From positions 18 to 64,017 of the forward strand of contig CAXBCW010000009.1 of the NCBI GenBank assembly GCA_963974325.1: 64,000 bases of DNA, read 5' to 3'. This DNA is from an uncultured Rhizobiaceae bacterium. Its GTDB lineage: Bacteria; Pseudomonadota; Alphaproteobacteria; Rhizobiales; Rhizobiaceae. Numbering within the stretch: position 1 is the first letter of the stretch; each line of letters begins with the position of its first letter. Under the pieces are notes generated by a model. It had not been told where the DNA came from, did no database searches, and saw only the letters and a program-made list of their open reading frames with translations. Below, piece after piece: positions 50,898-61,598 of this stretch. The position numbers were made by a program, and so were the translations under genes.

Positions 50898-51833
50898 TTA
50901 AGCTTCTGACGGTATCGCCTTCACTGCAATTTTCGCCATTTCCATAATCGCTTCGCGTGAATTAGCAACTGCGATGAAGCGGGCATTGTGGCAGAATTTT
51001 GCGCCTTTGACACCGCTTGCCTCTTCTAAAGCTGCATCTGATAGGCCTGCCCATTCAGAAGGAAGATCAGCACGTTGGTCGAATGTGTCATGGGATAGTT
51101 TAATGCCATTGAGTGTCCAGTCACCATTGCGGGGATTGACCACAAACATGATGTGATCAGCTTCTGCTTTTATTAATGACGAGCGGTAAGGCATGCCCAT
51201 TGGTAATTCAAGAATAGCGGATGTGCCAGCTGTGGTGATGGCTTCTTCCACGATGCTTTTTGCGCGTGCTTTGGCTGCAACGTTTTGGATAAACGCTTGG
51301 ATAAAACTTCGTGCAATTGGCAATGCTGTTAAGAATGCATCATCGTCGGCAGTTGGTGAGGCATCATCAAATACTGGCTTGAGGCTGCCCAAGAGCGATG
51401 GCAATGTTAATATCGATAATGGGCCGGCAATTGATGGCTCCATTGCGCCATTGTCCAACAGGTCAATTGGCAATACGAATTTATTGTCAAAAGATGCATG
51501 TATTGTTTCAACATCATCTTCTGGCACACTCAGAGCACTCAGATAATCTCGTCCGTAATGTGCCCAGATCAGGCCGAATGAGCTATAAGGCTGATCGTCT
51601 TCGCGCAATGGGCCGGGGCGTTGATGATGGTCAAAAATCTGTTTGTCAGCATTATAATCCCCACCAACATCATAGATGATTTTGTCTGCTGATGGCACTA
51701 ACCATTGCTTGTCACGCGTGCGCTTTAACTCAGCTTCTGGGAACAATTGTGTGAGAATAACAGAAGACAATAATTCGTCCGCATGGAAGCCGCCAGAATG
51801 GGTAATAAGATGGGTGATGTTTGTGCTTGTCAT
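50898..51833 (-). CDS. MYG1 family protein
   Basis: THSGGFHADE, DVGG.Y..FDHHQ, SSFGLIW, FCHNARFI. Confidence 0.93.
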   Translation of the reverse strand: MTSTNITHLITHSGGFHADELLSSVILTQLFPEAELKRTRDKQWLVPSADKIIYDVGGDYNADKQIFDHHQRPGPLREDDQPYSSFGLIWAHYGRDYLSALSVPEDDVETIHASFDNKFVLPIDLLDNGAMEPSIAGPLSILTLPSLLGSLKPVFDDASPTADDDAFLTALPIARSFIQAFIQNVAAKARAKSIVEEAITTAGTSAILELPMGMPYRSSLIKAEADHIMFVVNPRNGDWTLNGIKLSHDTFDQRADLPSEWAGLSDAALEEASGVKGAKFCHNARFIAVANSREAIMEMAKIAVKAIPSEA

Positions 51834-52049
51834 GTGGGGGAGCGCTCCAAAGGGCCGTACAATTGTTTTTCCAACCCACAGATGTGCATGGGATGTTTGA
51901 AAAGATGTACTCACACCAAAAAGCTGCCAAATCAACATGTTTTTAAATGAAACGAAATAAAGACGCAGGATTTGTACCAGCGCAAGCCGATTGCGCGTCC
52001 TTACTATATAAAACCAATCTTTGCCTCGTCTAAAATTGTACTTACGATT

Positions 52050-52418
52050 TTAATCGTAATAAATCTCATTATCATCGAGATAGATATTTGATGCATCGCA
52101 AATATCGATGGAAATTGGCTCATCGATAACTTCGCCACCATCGCTGGACAACCAACCGACGCTCAAGCTTTGATCGCAATTGCCTGTATTGGCGACAAAT
52201 TCAGCTTCCAGAGCACTACCGGGTGCGATCCGTTCTGCAAGCCAGTTTTCACTCCAGCCAGATCCATCATTGGTATAAAATCCAACAACAGTATTTTCGC
52301 CAGTGTTATTGTAAACTGTGAAATAACCCTCAGACCCCGTTCCGGCATAGGCATTTCCAGTTAATCCAGTCAAAGATGAGACAACAAAAAGAGTTGCCGT
52401 AAGGTATTTTAAAAACAT
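52050..52418 (-). CDS. Small secreted hypothetical protein
   Basis: Signal peptide ..GNAYA, acidic beta-rich body with two Cys. Confidence 0.7.
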   Translation of the reverse strand: MFLKYLTATLFVVSSLTGLTGNAYAGTGSEGYFTVYNNTGENTVVGFYTNDGSGWSENWLAERIAPGSALEAEFVANTGNCDQSLSVGWLSSDGGEVIDEPISIDICDASNIYLDDNEIYYD

Positions 52419-52507
52419 GAAACCCTCCGATACTTTTTAATAAAGTACCGATACTATAGAATGTGAGCTGAAATGTTTCAAGTTGGCTCCATTTACGCCT
52501 ATAAAAG

Positions 52508-53491
52508 CTAACCCATCATCCGCTTACGACGCTCTTGCATGCGTTCATTGGCTTCATCGGTACCGTCATGGAATGAGCCGAAGAGTTTATCCCAAGGAAG
52601 CTCGAGAGAGCCGTAATTACATTCAAAATAGCGATGATGCATTTGGTGATGAAATGTTCCCAGTTTAAGGCGGTTTTCGTCCTTGATCACCAAGCCTTCA
52701 AACCCTGTATGGGTCGTTGCGGCTGTGAGGGTGTAATATTGCATGTGGAACAGGATGTGAACGGGGTGTGCTGCGACAACCCAATGGATGAGCACAGTCC
52801 CTAGATAAATGACGTGTTCAACCGGATGCATCGACAGGCCAGACCATGGGCCAACATTGATATTGCGATGATGTAGGGAATGCACGTGTTTATAGAGAAA
52901 CGGCACATGCAAAAGCCTGTGGATCCAATAGAAATAGATACTCTCCCACACGGGAATTATCGCAAACATTGCGATGAACCAAAACGTGTTCGAAGCACAA
53001 GTTAACATGGGTGCATAACCATTTGCCATTGCCCAGAACATCAGCACTTCATAGGCGGTCCAAACAAAGACGCCACTGCCCAATGTCCAAAACATATTAT
53101 CGCGGATCTGGCCGCCTAATGTAAATTGCTTACCTTTTGTCATCAAAGGACGTGGATCGTATCTCAGCGTTTTACCTTGTTTGGTGAACGTATAAAAATA
53201 CAGATGCAAACTACCGGCAACACCGGCCATTAAGAGCAAATTACGAACGTAGATTTCAAAGATCCAACCAAAGGCAAGTGTTTTTGTTTCTTCCAATGGA
53301 GGCTGGAAGTAATAAAACGAGATGAAGGCGAGCGCGACAATGATCAGCTTTTCAGTGATCATAAACCATGAGTTCCACACCCATAACAACATATCCAATG
53401 GACGAAGCGGCCAGGTGAAAAACGGAGATACTTTTATCGGCACAGCGGGAACATGGTTCCAGCCTTTTAGAGGTGCTTTGGCCATGTTCAA
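52508..53491 (-). CDS. Sterol desaturase family protein
   Basis: HRLLH, HSLHH, SMHPVEH, HHQMHH, NYG. Confidence 0.9.
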   Translation of the reverse strand: MNMAKAPLKGWNHVPAVPIKVSPFFTWPLRPLDMLLWVWNSWFMITEKLIIVALAFISFYYFQPPLEETKTLAFGWIFEIYVRNLLLMAGVAGSLHLYFYTFTKQGKTLRYDPRPLMTKGKQFTLGGQIRDNMFWTLGSGVFVWTAYEVLMFWAMANGYAPMLTCASNTFWFIAMFAIIPVWESIYFYWIHRLLHVPFLYKHVHSLHHRNINVGPWSGLSMHPVEHVIYLGTVLIHWVVAAHPVHILFHMQYYTLTAATTHTGFEGLVIKDENRLKLGTFHHQMHHRYFECNYGSLELPWDKLFGSFHDGTDEANERMQERRKRMMG

Positions 53492-53525
53492 ACTCCCTAT
53501 TTAGTGCTTGATACACTTGCGTAAT

Positions 53526-54113
53526 CTAGCGTGTCTGATCCAACAAGCGTTTGCATTCCAATAGATCGTAAAGCGCTTCCTGTAGCAAAGCTCTATCTTC
53601 TTCTTGCAAAGACTTGTTTTTCTTGCCGCTTAAAACAGTGTCGCCGTCTTCATCTTTGTTACGAGAGAAAAACCGTCGCGAAGTCGGAAGTTTGGCTTGG
53701 CCTAATATTCTATCAGGCTCAGGGGCGGAAACATCGGGCGCTGAAGACTGTTGTGAGGCACTTGTTTGTCCTACACTCGATGGCATTACAAAATCGTCAT
53801 CATCATCATGGCTTGCGGCAATGGCTTCAGCTGTTGCCATATCGCCCGCGCCAATCGCGATAACATATTTATTGCCGTGTTCTTTGAGAAGTTTTTGCAC
53901 ACCTTTGATCGTGTAACCTTGATCATATAAAAGGTGGCGAATACCTTGCAGTAAAACGAAATCGTCGGGACGATAATAGCGTCGCCCCCCAGCCCGTTTC
54001 ATTGGCTTTATCTGTGTAAATCGAGTTTCCCAAAAACGTAAAACATGCTGTGGCAGGCTTAACTCTTCAGCAACTTCCGATATCGTGCGAAAGGCATCTG
54101 GACTCTTATCCAC
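53526..54113 (-). CDS. MerR family transcriptional regulator (conserved ihfA neighbour)
   Basis: [39 protein letters not shown]. Confidence 0.92.
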   Translation of the reverse strand: MDKSPDAFRTISEVAEELSLPQHVLRFWETRFTQIKPMKRAGGRRYYRPDDFVLLQGIRHLLYDQGYTIKGVQKLLKEHGNKYVIAIGAGDMATAEAIAASHDDDDDFVMPSSVGQTSASQQSSAPDVSAPEPDRILGQAKLPTSRRFFSRNKDEDGDTVLSGKKNKSLQEEDRALLQEALYDLLECKRLLDQTR

Positions 54114-54338
54114 TCAAACTCTCCCAAGTTCTGAGACGCAAATTACAAATCAAAGTATTTTTTGGCACTTTTAAATTGCCTTTTATATTCACGCAAGATT
54201 ACGCATAATTGGTATGTTTAATTTAAGCTAAATAGGTAGCATCACCAATGCCACCTATTCAAAATCGCTTAAACACTTAGATTTCTTTTATAATAATTTT
54301 ATGCAGAGATCCATAGATTGATGGATGCATATAAAGGC

Positions 54339-54647
54339 CTATTTACGTTTTTGATGGGACTTCAAAACACGTTGCTTCAAAACATTAGATGCCTTGAATG
54401 AAACAACTTTACGGGGAGTAATTGGCACTTCCTCCCCCGTCTTAGGGTTTCGACCTATCCGTTCAGTTTTGTCGCGTGCTTGGAAGGTCGCAAACGATGA
54501 CATCTTTACAGTTTCACCACGTACAATTGAATCACAAATTTCATCAATGATCATTTCGACCAATTCCGAAGATTCAGTTCGTGATAGTCCAACCCGCCGG
54601 AATACAGCCTCAGCCAAATCTGCCCTCGTAACTGTTTTAGTACTCAT
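54339..54647 (-). CDS. ihfA: Integration host factor subunit alpha
   Basis: VTRADL.EAV...[32 protein letters not shown]. Confidence 0.95.
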   Translation of the reverse strand: MSTKTVTRADLAEAVFRRVGLSRTESSELVEMIIDEICDSIVRGETVKMSSFATFQARDKTERIGRNPKTGEEVPITPRKVVSFKASNVLKQRVLKSHQKRK

Positions 54648-54824
54648 TTATTCACCCGTTTATTTATATTTGTGCGTCTAGGGTCTATAATTTATGCTTT
54701 TTAGGCAAGTAAGGTCAAGTACTTGAATACAAGTATTGACATTCGAAATAATCATATCGAATTATCCATAATATTAGAAAAATATATCTTAAGCAGGCTG
54801 GTTTTGCAAAACTTTCAACAAATA

Positions 54825-55061
54825 TTACCAGCGCAACAATACTGAACCCCAAGTAAACCCACCACCCATGGCTTCTAAAAGCAAAATTTGACCAGGTTTT
54901 ATGACGCCTGATTCTGCCGTTTGAGACAGCGCAATGGGAATCGACGCGGCAGACGTATTGCCAGTCTGATCGACATTGATCACAACCTTAGAGGGATGGA
55001 TGTTTAATTTTTTTGCAGATGCATCAATTATCCGCTTATTGGCTTGATGGGGAATAAAGAA
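54825..55061 (-). pseudogene. fabH: Detached 3' part of fabH ([15 protein letters not shown]...GNTSAASIP...[16 protein letters not shown])
   Basis: Hand translation. It is in a different frame from the 5' part and has no ATG of its own. Confidence 0.9.
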
Positions 55062-55158
55062 TATAATATGAAGTATGGGCCAATTACTAAAATTGACTGC
55101 GAAAATACTTTATTAATTGAGAAGCAATAATGCGCTTATTGGCTTGGTGAGGAATAAA
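55025..55158. repeat. Imperfect 34-bp direct repeat (55025-55058 and 55125-55158), period 100 bp, 14-bp identical core
   Basis: 30/34 identity; core CGCTTATTGGCTTG at 55033-46 and 55133-46. Confidence 0.9.
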
Positions 55159-55896
55159 CCAGTCAATATCATCAGCTGTCATCTTGGTTGCTTCAAAGGC
55201 ATCTTCAATCACATCGGTGATCATACCAACAGCGTGTTTGTACACCTCTTTACCTTGCATTTTTAGGTGGCCAACCGTTTGAGTGGTTGAGGGTCCACCA
55301 TTGACGTAAAGCTTATCCTTGTGAGATCCGTCAGAGCGAAGATGGGCTGTTAATATACCACGATTTGAAAACGCGCCATCATCTTCATGGGCTTCTAAAA
55401 TAACAGCACCAGAGCCATCGCCAAATAACACACAGGTTGTTCGATCTTCCCAATTCATCAATTTGGACATGGTTTCTGCACCAATGACCAAAATACGTTT
55501 TGCCATGCCGCCTTTAAGATACATGTCAGCTGTTGTTAGAGCAAAAATAAAGCCAGAACAAACAGCCTGCAAGTCAAATGCAGCACCATGCTTCATACCC
55601 AATCGATTTTGGATATTAACTGCGGTTGATGGGAATGTATTATCAGGGGTTGTGGTTGCAACGATGATGAGATCAAGATCGTCTGCTGTTATACCTGCAC
55701 GTGCCATGGCTTTGCGGCCAGCGTCTTCGCCCAAGCTTGCAGAGGTTTCGCCCTCGCCCGCTATGTGACGCTGCTTGATGCCTGTGCGCTGGATAATCCA
55801 TTCGCTGGTGGTATCAACAGTTTTTTCTAATTCTTCATTAGTAACAACCCGCTTGGGAAATGAATGGCCGAAACCTGTTATGACTGAACGGATCAT
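55087..55896 (-). CDS. fabH: 3-oxoacyl-ACP synthase III, truncated 5' ORF (269 aa)
   Basis: [22 protein letters not shown] (catalytic Cys), [21 protein letters not shown], then aberrant tail [12 protein letters not shown]. Confidence 0.93.
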   Translation of the reverse strand: MIRSVITGFGHSFPKRVVTNEELEKTVDTTSEWIIQRTGIKQRHIAGEGETSASLGEDAGRKAMARAGITADDLDLIIVATTTPDNTFPSTAVNIQNRLGMKHGAAFDLQAVCSGFIFALTTADMYLKGGMAKRILVIGAETMSKLMNWEDRTTCVLFGDGSGAVILEAHEDDGAFSNRGILTAHLRSDGSHKDKLYVNGGPSTTQTVGHLKMQGKEVYKHAVGMITDVIEDAFEATKMTADDIDWFIPHQANKRIIASQLIKYFRSQF

Positions 55897-55901
55897 TTAA
55901 T

Positions 55902-57014
55902 TTACTTCGCCTCGTCTTGGTCTACATTAGCTTCAACAGAAGCTGTCTTAGGGGATATTACCTCAGGAGATATCGCTTCTTCTGAAATCGTCTCGGGACC
56001 CCGAGCATAATATTGCTCCAAATCACTTTCGATCTTTTCGCGCAAGCCATTTCGAGACATATCAAAGCCCATTTCAACAGCTGCTGCAAATCCATTTTCG
56101 CTCGCACCACCGTGCGATTTTATAACAACGCCATTAAGGCCTAAAAAGACACCGCCATTGACACGGCTTGGATCCATTTTTTGGCGTAATCTTGCAAATG
56201 CTTTGCGGGCAAATAAATACCCGATCTTGGCCATGATTGTTGTCGACATGGCCGCGCGTAGATATTCACCAATTTGGCGGGCTGTACCCTCTGCAGTTTT
56301 CAAAGCAATATTGCCTGCAAAACCTTCCGTGACAACAACATCAACCGTGCCTTTGCCCAAATCATCGCCTTCAACGAAACCTGCATAATGAAGGCCCGTT
56401 AAATCCAAATCTTTTAGCATAAGTCCGGCTTCTTTAACTTCTTCTTGGCCTTTGATTTCTTCAACGCCGATGTTCAAAAGTCCGACGGTTGGCTTATCAA
56501 TTCCAAATAGCACGCGCGCCATCGCTGCACCCATGAGAGCAAAATCAAGTAATTGTTGGGCATCAGCATCCAAAGTTGCCCCGACATCAAGCACAATGCT
56601 TTCGCCGCGCAAGGTTGGCCAGATTGCTGCAATTGCCGGACGTTCAATATTTGGCATCGTTCGTAAGCAAAACTTTGACATCGCCATCAACGCGCCAGTG
56701 TTCCCTGCCGAGATACACACATCAGCCTTACCACTTTTAACAGCCTCAATGGCTTGCCACATGGTTGAGCGTTTCCGCCCTTTGCGCAAAGCCTGGCTTG
56801 GTTTTGCATCCATCTGAATAGCCATTTCACAATTGTAAAATTCTGACGCTGCTTTGAGCGCAGGATGCTGATCTAAAATAGCAAGACAATCGTCCTCAAG
56901 TCCATAAAGTTGGAAACGTATAGAGGGATGTCGTTTTAGAGCCAAAGCTGCACCAGGGATAATCACTTTTGGTCCGTGATCTCCACCCATCAAATCTACT
57001 GAGATTGTGGTCAA
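55902..57014 (-). CDS. plsX: Phosphate acyltransferase
   Basis: [49 protein letters not shown]. Confidence 0.96.
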   Translation of the reverse strand: MTTISVDLMGGDHGPKVIIPGAALALKRHPSIRFQLYGLEDDCLAILDQHPALKAASEFYNCEMAIQMDAKPSQALRKGRKRSTMWQAIEAVKSGKADVCISAGNTGALMAMSKFCLRTMPNIERPAIAAIWPTLRGESIVLDVGATLDADAQQLLDFALMGAAMARVLFGIDKPTVGLLNIGVEEIKGQEEVKEAGLMLKDLDLTGLHYAGFVEGDDLGKGTVDVVVTEGFAGNIALKTAEGTARQIGEYLRAAMSTTIMAKIGYLFARKAFARLRQKMDPSRVNGGVFLGLNGVVIKSHGGASENGFAAAVEMGFDMSRNGLREKIESDLEQYYARGPETISEEAISPEVISPKTASVEANVDQDEAK

Positions 57015-57127
57015 TGCGTACGCCTTTTGTTTTTTTCAGAAAGAGTTCAATTAAATTATATTGAACTCTGCAAAAATACCTATTTCCAACACATTCACAA
57101 CAGTATAATTTTTAATAAGCAATATTT

Positions 57128-57703
57128 TTATTCTAAATCATCTTTTATTGAGGCTAATATAGCAAATGGAGATGGTTTTTCATCATTTTTTTCTGCACCG
57201 GGTTGAAATTTATTATCAATTTCGACTTCTGGGTCACGTGGGTAAGGATCAATTGCCATCGCAACATATTCAGTGACCACTTGCGCAATATCAATCGTAT
57301 TGGCAGTAAACGTGTCGGGAATATCGGGACCATCGACATCAATAATGATTTCACCGTTTTGAATATCATCACGGCGGGCAAGCTTTGACGTTTCGGGCAC
57401 AAAATGGGCCACGAACTCCTCGCTTGCATGGGTGTTGATTGGTAAAAGCGATACGACGCAGTTTTGCACCAACTTTGCAGTAAACTCACCACTAATGCGA
57501 ACGCCATCACGCTTCCATCGGCTCAATCTCAACTTTGCCTTAAGCTCGGTGACATCAATAACGTTCCAAAATTTGGCCAATGCTCTTTTCTCACGATCAT
57601 CAGCTTCCAGCTTAATCACAACCGCATTGGTTGACACATGGCCAACCTTTACCGGAAAGGAAAACGGAGTATTCTCATCTACTATTTTTGATCGTTCAGA
57701 CAT
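57128..57703 (-). CDS. YceD/DUF177 family protein
   Basis: Q.CVVSL.P, ID.....E......IDPYPR, SPFA.LA; canonical position before plsX. Confidence 0.9.
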   Translation of the reverse strand: MSERSKIVDENTPFSFPVKVGHVSTNAVVIKLEADDREKRALAKFWNVIDVTELKAKLRLSRWKRDGVRISGEFTAKLVQNCVVSLLPINTHASEEFVAHFVPETSKLARRDDIQNGEIIIDVDGPDIPDTFTANTIDIAQVVTEYVAMAIDPYPRDPEVEIDNKFQPGAEKNDEKPSPFAILASIKDDLE

Positions 57704-57762
57704 CGTGTACCACTTTTATTGATTGAGCTTGCTTCTCAGCGTCGCTGGCATTTTTAAACCCA

Positions 57763-58311
57763 CTAAACTCGGGGAAAAACGAGCTGGCCTTTGATCAATT
57801 GATCATGACCAAAGACTTTTAGTTTTTGGTCGGTTTCAATCATATATTGAGCGAGTTCGGTCATATCCGGCGTTTGCTCATCTTCATCTTTGACAAGTTC
57901 GGGATGAATGTTACGCGCTAATGCCGTTGCTAGCTCATCGATATCATTGGCATCGATTGCATTGCCATAGGATTCAGCCCGTCCATAGAACATCTTAGCC
58001 AGTTTTTTCATACGTTTTGGCACGCCAGCATCTCCGATGCCAAGTTCGCGGATAGAATGATCGATATCTTCAAAAAACGAATCCACAACATCTTGAGAGA
58101 GTTCGGGAATATTCTCGCCTGCCCCACGCGTTGCACGTAGATAAAGCACCATATGGATTGTCATCATATCAAAACGACCCAACACAGTGTCCGGCACATG
58201 ATTACTTTGGTAGAAAACAACCTGACGCGCAGCTGCGGTCAGCTCTTCATATTGTGCGGTCACAATTGCACTATTTGATTTTTTCCGCCTGAATAAATTT
58301 AAGATCATCAA
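57763..58311 (-). CDS. Ubiquinol-cytochrome c chaperone (Cbp3/UQCC1-like)
   Basis: VPDT..GRFDM...H..L, FF.D.DHS.RELG.GD.GVPKRMKKL..FYGR..Y. Confidence 0.9.
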   Translation of the reverse strand: MMILNLFRRKKSNSAIVTAQYEELTAAARQVVFYQSNHVPDTVLGRFDMMTIHMVLYLRATRGAGENIPELSQDVVDSFFEDIDHSIRELGIGDAGVPKRMKKLAKMFYGRAESYGNAIDANDIDELATALARNIHPELVKDEDEQTPDMTELAQYMIETDQKLKVFGHDQLIKGQLVFPRV

Positions 58312-58608
58312 ATAGCCTTTTTACCGTTCATATAATGGTTAGCTCACGTACCACAAATGCCCATTTCACCAAACATCGAATTAACCAAATCGGACAAATC
58401 AAATGGCATTTTGGTTCAGGCCTGTATACTTAATGAGTTACATAAGAACATATGCCGAAAATTGCCATAAAATAATCACTTCTTTGGCATAGACCATTTG
58501 ATAAACTTGCATATCGCGCACAGCTAGGTTACCAAAAAACCTCAAGCGCGTTCGTAAAACAAGCTTGTTAGTAAAATTGTGAAGTAGTGCCACTAGGAGG
58601 CGTATTCG

Positions 58609-59124
58609 TTGCTTAAGATGATCAATAAAAGTTTTTCTGGTTCAAATCATATCCACCAAAACATTGTGCGTCATTTCAAACGTGGCAGTATAGCCGTTTT
58701 GTTGGTTGCTGCGACAACGCTGAGCGCTTGCACAACATCACAAGTTTTAAACCAAGGTTACATTGTTGATCAGGATGCATTGGATGCAACACCTGTGGGG
58801 TCATCTCGCGAGCAAGTTTTGCTATCGCTTGGCACGCCATCAACAACACAAGATTCAGGTACAGAGATTTTTTATTACATCTCGCAAACACGTAAACGTG
58901 GGTTAGCCTTCCAAAAAACCAGACTTGTTGGCCAATCGGTGCTGGCTGTTTATTTTGATGAAGATGCAACAGTGTCCCGCATTGCAGATTATACGCTGCA
59001 AGACGGCAAAGTGTTTGACATGATCTCACGGACCACACCAACATCGGGCAAAGAGCGCGGCTTCTTGGCTGGCATCTTGGGCGGCTTGGGATCTGGCTCG
59101 ACCAACGGTGCGCCAAGCTTCTAA
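58609..59124 (+). CDS. bamE: Outer membrane protein assembly factor BamE (OmlA/SmpA)
   Basis: Lipobox LSAC, QGY, G.SREQV...LGTPS, YYIS, L..YFD...V..I. The true start may be slightly downstream. Confidence 0.92.
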   Translation: MLKMINKSFSGSNHIHQNIVRHFKRGSIAVLLVAATTLSACTTSQVLNQGYIVDQDALDATPVGSSREQVLLSLGTPSTTQDSGTEIFYYISQTRKRGLAFQKTRLVGQSVLAVYFDEDATVSRIADYTLQDGKVFDMISRTTPTSGKERGFLAGILGGLGSGSTNGAPSF

Positions 59125-59147
59125 TCACAGCTTTTTAAATATCAAAT

Positions 59148-59187
59148 AAAAACCCTCGATGATCGGACTGATTATCGAGGGTTTTTT
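59148..59187. terminator. Bidirectional terminator between bamE and hppA
   Basis: AAAAACCCTCGATGATC...GATTATCGAGGGTTTTT. Confidence 0.8.
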
Positions 59188-59243
59188 ATTACTTGGTCTT
59201 AAGGGCGCGTTTTCTATCGCCCTTAAGTTATCAACAATGGCAA

Positions 59244-61388
59244 CTAGCCTAAATGAGCTAGAACTGCGAGCAGCAAAAGCGCCATGATGTTTGTGATCTT
59301 AATGGCAGGATTAACCGCAGGACCTGCAGTATCCTTGTAAGGATCACCAACAGTATCACCGGTGACAGATGCTTTATGCGCATCGCTACCTTTTTCGTGC
59401 AGTACGCCATCTTTATCGGTAAAGCCATCTTCAAAAGATTTCTTTGCATTATCCCAAGCGCCACCACCAGATGTCATAGAGATCGCAACGAAGAGGCCGT
59501 TCACGATCACACCCAAAAGCGAAGCACCGAGGGCTGCAAATGCAGATGCTTTTGATCCGGAGATTAAAAGCACACCGAAATATACAAATAATGGCGCAAG
59601 CACAGGAAGCAGTGACGGGATGATCATCTCTTTGATCGCAGCCCGTGTTAGCATATCCACAGCACGGCCGTAATCAGGCTTTTCTGTGCCTAACATGATA
59701 CCAGGTTTTGCTTTGAATTGAGCACGAACCTCAACCACAACAGCACCTGCGGCACGTCCAACGGCTGTCATTGCAATTCCACTGAATAAGTATGGAATAA
59801 GACCACCAAAGATAAGACCTGCAACCACATATGGATTTGCTAGATCAAATGAGATCTCGCCCATATTTGCAAAGTAAGGATAATCTGCAGCATTTTCCGC
59901 AAAGAATGCCAAATCATTTGAATAAGCAGCAAAGAGCACAAGTGCACCCAATCCCGCGGACCCAATGGCATATCCTTTGGTGACAGCTTTTGTTGTGTTG
60001 CCAACAGCATCTAGTGCATCGGTTGCTTGGCGTACTTCTTTTGGAAGGCCGGACATTTCCGCAATACCGCCCGCATTATCGGTCACAGGACCAAATGCAT
60101 CAAGTGCCACAATCATGCCAGCAATACCCAACATCGCAGTGACTGCAATACCCGTGCCATAAAGACCACCAAATTGGTAAGTCGAGATGATACCACCAAC
60201 AATAACAATTGCAGGCGCGGCAGTTGATTCAAGTGAAACCGCAATACCTTGGATCACATTTGTACCGTGACCTGTCACAGACGCTTGTGAAATTGAATTC
60301 ACAGGACGTTTGTTCGTCGCAGTATAATATTCTGTGATCACAACAATAAATGCTGTCACAATCAAACCGATGACACCACAGATGAACAAATTAGCACCAG
60401 TGATAGATTTACCATCAACAACACCAATTTCACCCCAACCGATTGTCAAAGAGGTTGCCCCGCCCAATGTCACGATGGACAAAAGGCCTGTTACAATCAG
60501 ACCTTTGTAAAGCGCGCCCATAATAGAACCATTTTGGCCAAGTTTCACAAAGAAAGTCCCCACGATAGATGTAATGATAGAACCACCACAAATCGCAAGC
60601 GGGTAAAGCATGACGCTATCTAAGATGTCGCTACCGGCAAAGAAGATTGCCGACAAAACCATGGTTGCAACAACAGTCACAGCATATGTTTCGAACAAAT
60701 CGGCAGCCATACCAGCACAATCGCCTACGTTGTCGCCAACATTATCAGCAATGGTTGCAGGGTTACGTGGATCATCTTCTGGAATACCAGCTTCGACCTT
60801 ACCTACCAAATCGCCACCAACATCAGCACCTTTTGTAAAGATACCACCGCCAAGACGGGCAAAGATTGAGATTAATGAAGCACCAAAACCAAGTGACACA
60901 AGCGCATCGATAACCGTGCGATCATCTGTTGCAAGCCCCATAGGGCCAATGAGGATCCAATAGTAAACCGCAACCCCCAAAAGGGCGAGGCCAGCAACAA
61001 GCATGCCGGTGATCGCGCCAGATTTGAACGCAATATCAAGGCCTGCCGAAATGCTATGGGCAGAGGCTTGGGCTGTACGTACGTTGGCACGCACAGAGAC
61101 GTGCATGCCAATAAAGCCTGCAACACCTGACAAAACAGCACCGATTAAAAAACCAAATGCGGCTGTTGCCGATAGCAAGAGCCATAAGATAACGAGCACA
61201 ATAACGCCCACAATGGCGATCGTTGTATATTGACGATTAAGATATGCAGATGCACCCTCGCGGATATATCCAGCGATTTCTTGCATCCGCTCATTGCCCT
61301 GATCGGCAGCTAGAACGGACTTCGTTGCCCAAATCGCATAGACGATTGACAATAGGCCGCAAATTATAACAGCAAACAAAATTCCCAT
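59244..61388 (-). CDS. hppA: Membrane-bound H+-translocating pyrophosphatase, K+-independent type
   Basis: [56 protein letters not shown] (Lys at the K+-dependence site), [10 protein letters not shown]. Confidence 0.96.
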   Translation of the reverse strand: MGILFAVIICGLLSIVYAIWATKSVLAADQGNERMQEIAGYIREGASAYLNRQYTTIAIVGVIVLVILWLLLSATAAFGFLIGAVLSGVAGFIGMHVSVRANVRTAQASAHSISAGLDIAFKSGAITGMLVAGLALLGVAVYYWILIGPMGLATDDRTVIDALVSLGFGASLISIFARLGGGIFTKGADVGGDLVGKVEAGIPEDDPRNPATIADNVGDNVGDCAGMAADLFETYAVTVVATMVLSAIFFAGSDILDSVMLYPLAICGGSIITSIVGTFFVKLGQNGSIMGALYKGLIVTGLLSIVTLGGATSLTIGWGEIGVVDGKSITGANLFICGVIGLIVTAFIVVITEYYTATNKRPVNSISQASVTGHGTNVIQGIAVSLESTAAPAIVIVGGIISTYQFGGLYGTGIAVTAMLGIAGMIVALDAFGPVTDNAGGIAEMSGLPKEVRQATDALDAVGNTTKAVTKGYAIGSAGLGALVLFAAYSNDLAFFAENAADYPYFANMGEISFDLANPYVVAGLIFGGLIPYLFSGIAMTAVGRAAGAVVVEVRAQFKAKPGIMLGTEKPDYGRAVDMLTRAAIKEMIIPSLLPVLAPLFVYFGVLLISGSKASAFAALGASLLGVIVNGLFVAISMTSGGGAWDNAKKSFEDGFTDKDGVLHEKGSDAHKASVTGDTVGDPYKDTAGPAVNPAIKITNIMALLLLAVLAHLG

Positions 61389-61598
61389 ATTAGGAACCCC
61401 CTCCTCCAATTGTGGGCCAACGAAATGACCCATTCCCAGTCAAACACGAAACCCCTACCTCCTCAGTAAAAGCTCCGGACATGGCATAGTGTTTGCGTTC
61501 CTTAAGGAAAAGGTCAAGTTCAATTTGATGATTTTTTGAAAGAATCTTACTAGATTCAGTATATACAGAATTTCAAACACTATATGTTGCGACGCAAC

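Noticed and set aside
54715-54726. Perfect palindrome TCAAGTACTTGA upstream of ihfA, partly matching the IHF consensus
   Set aside because: The match to WATCAAN4TTR is incomplete, and a single short palindrome is not enough.
55930-56000. Short [15 protein letters not shown] repeat in the PlsX C-terminal tail
   Set aside because: A low-complexity disordered tail with no sign of function.
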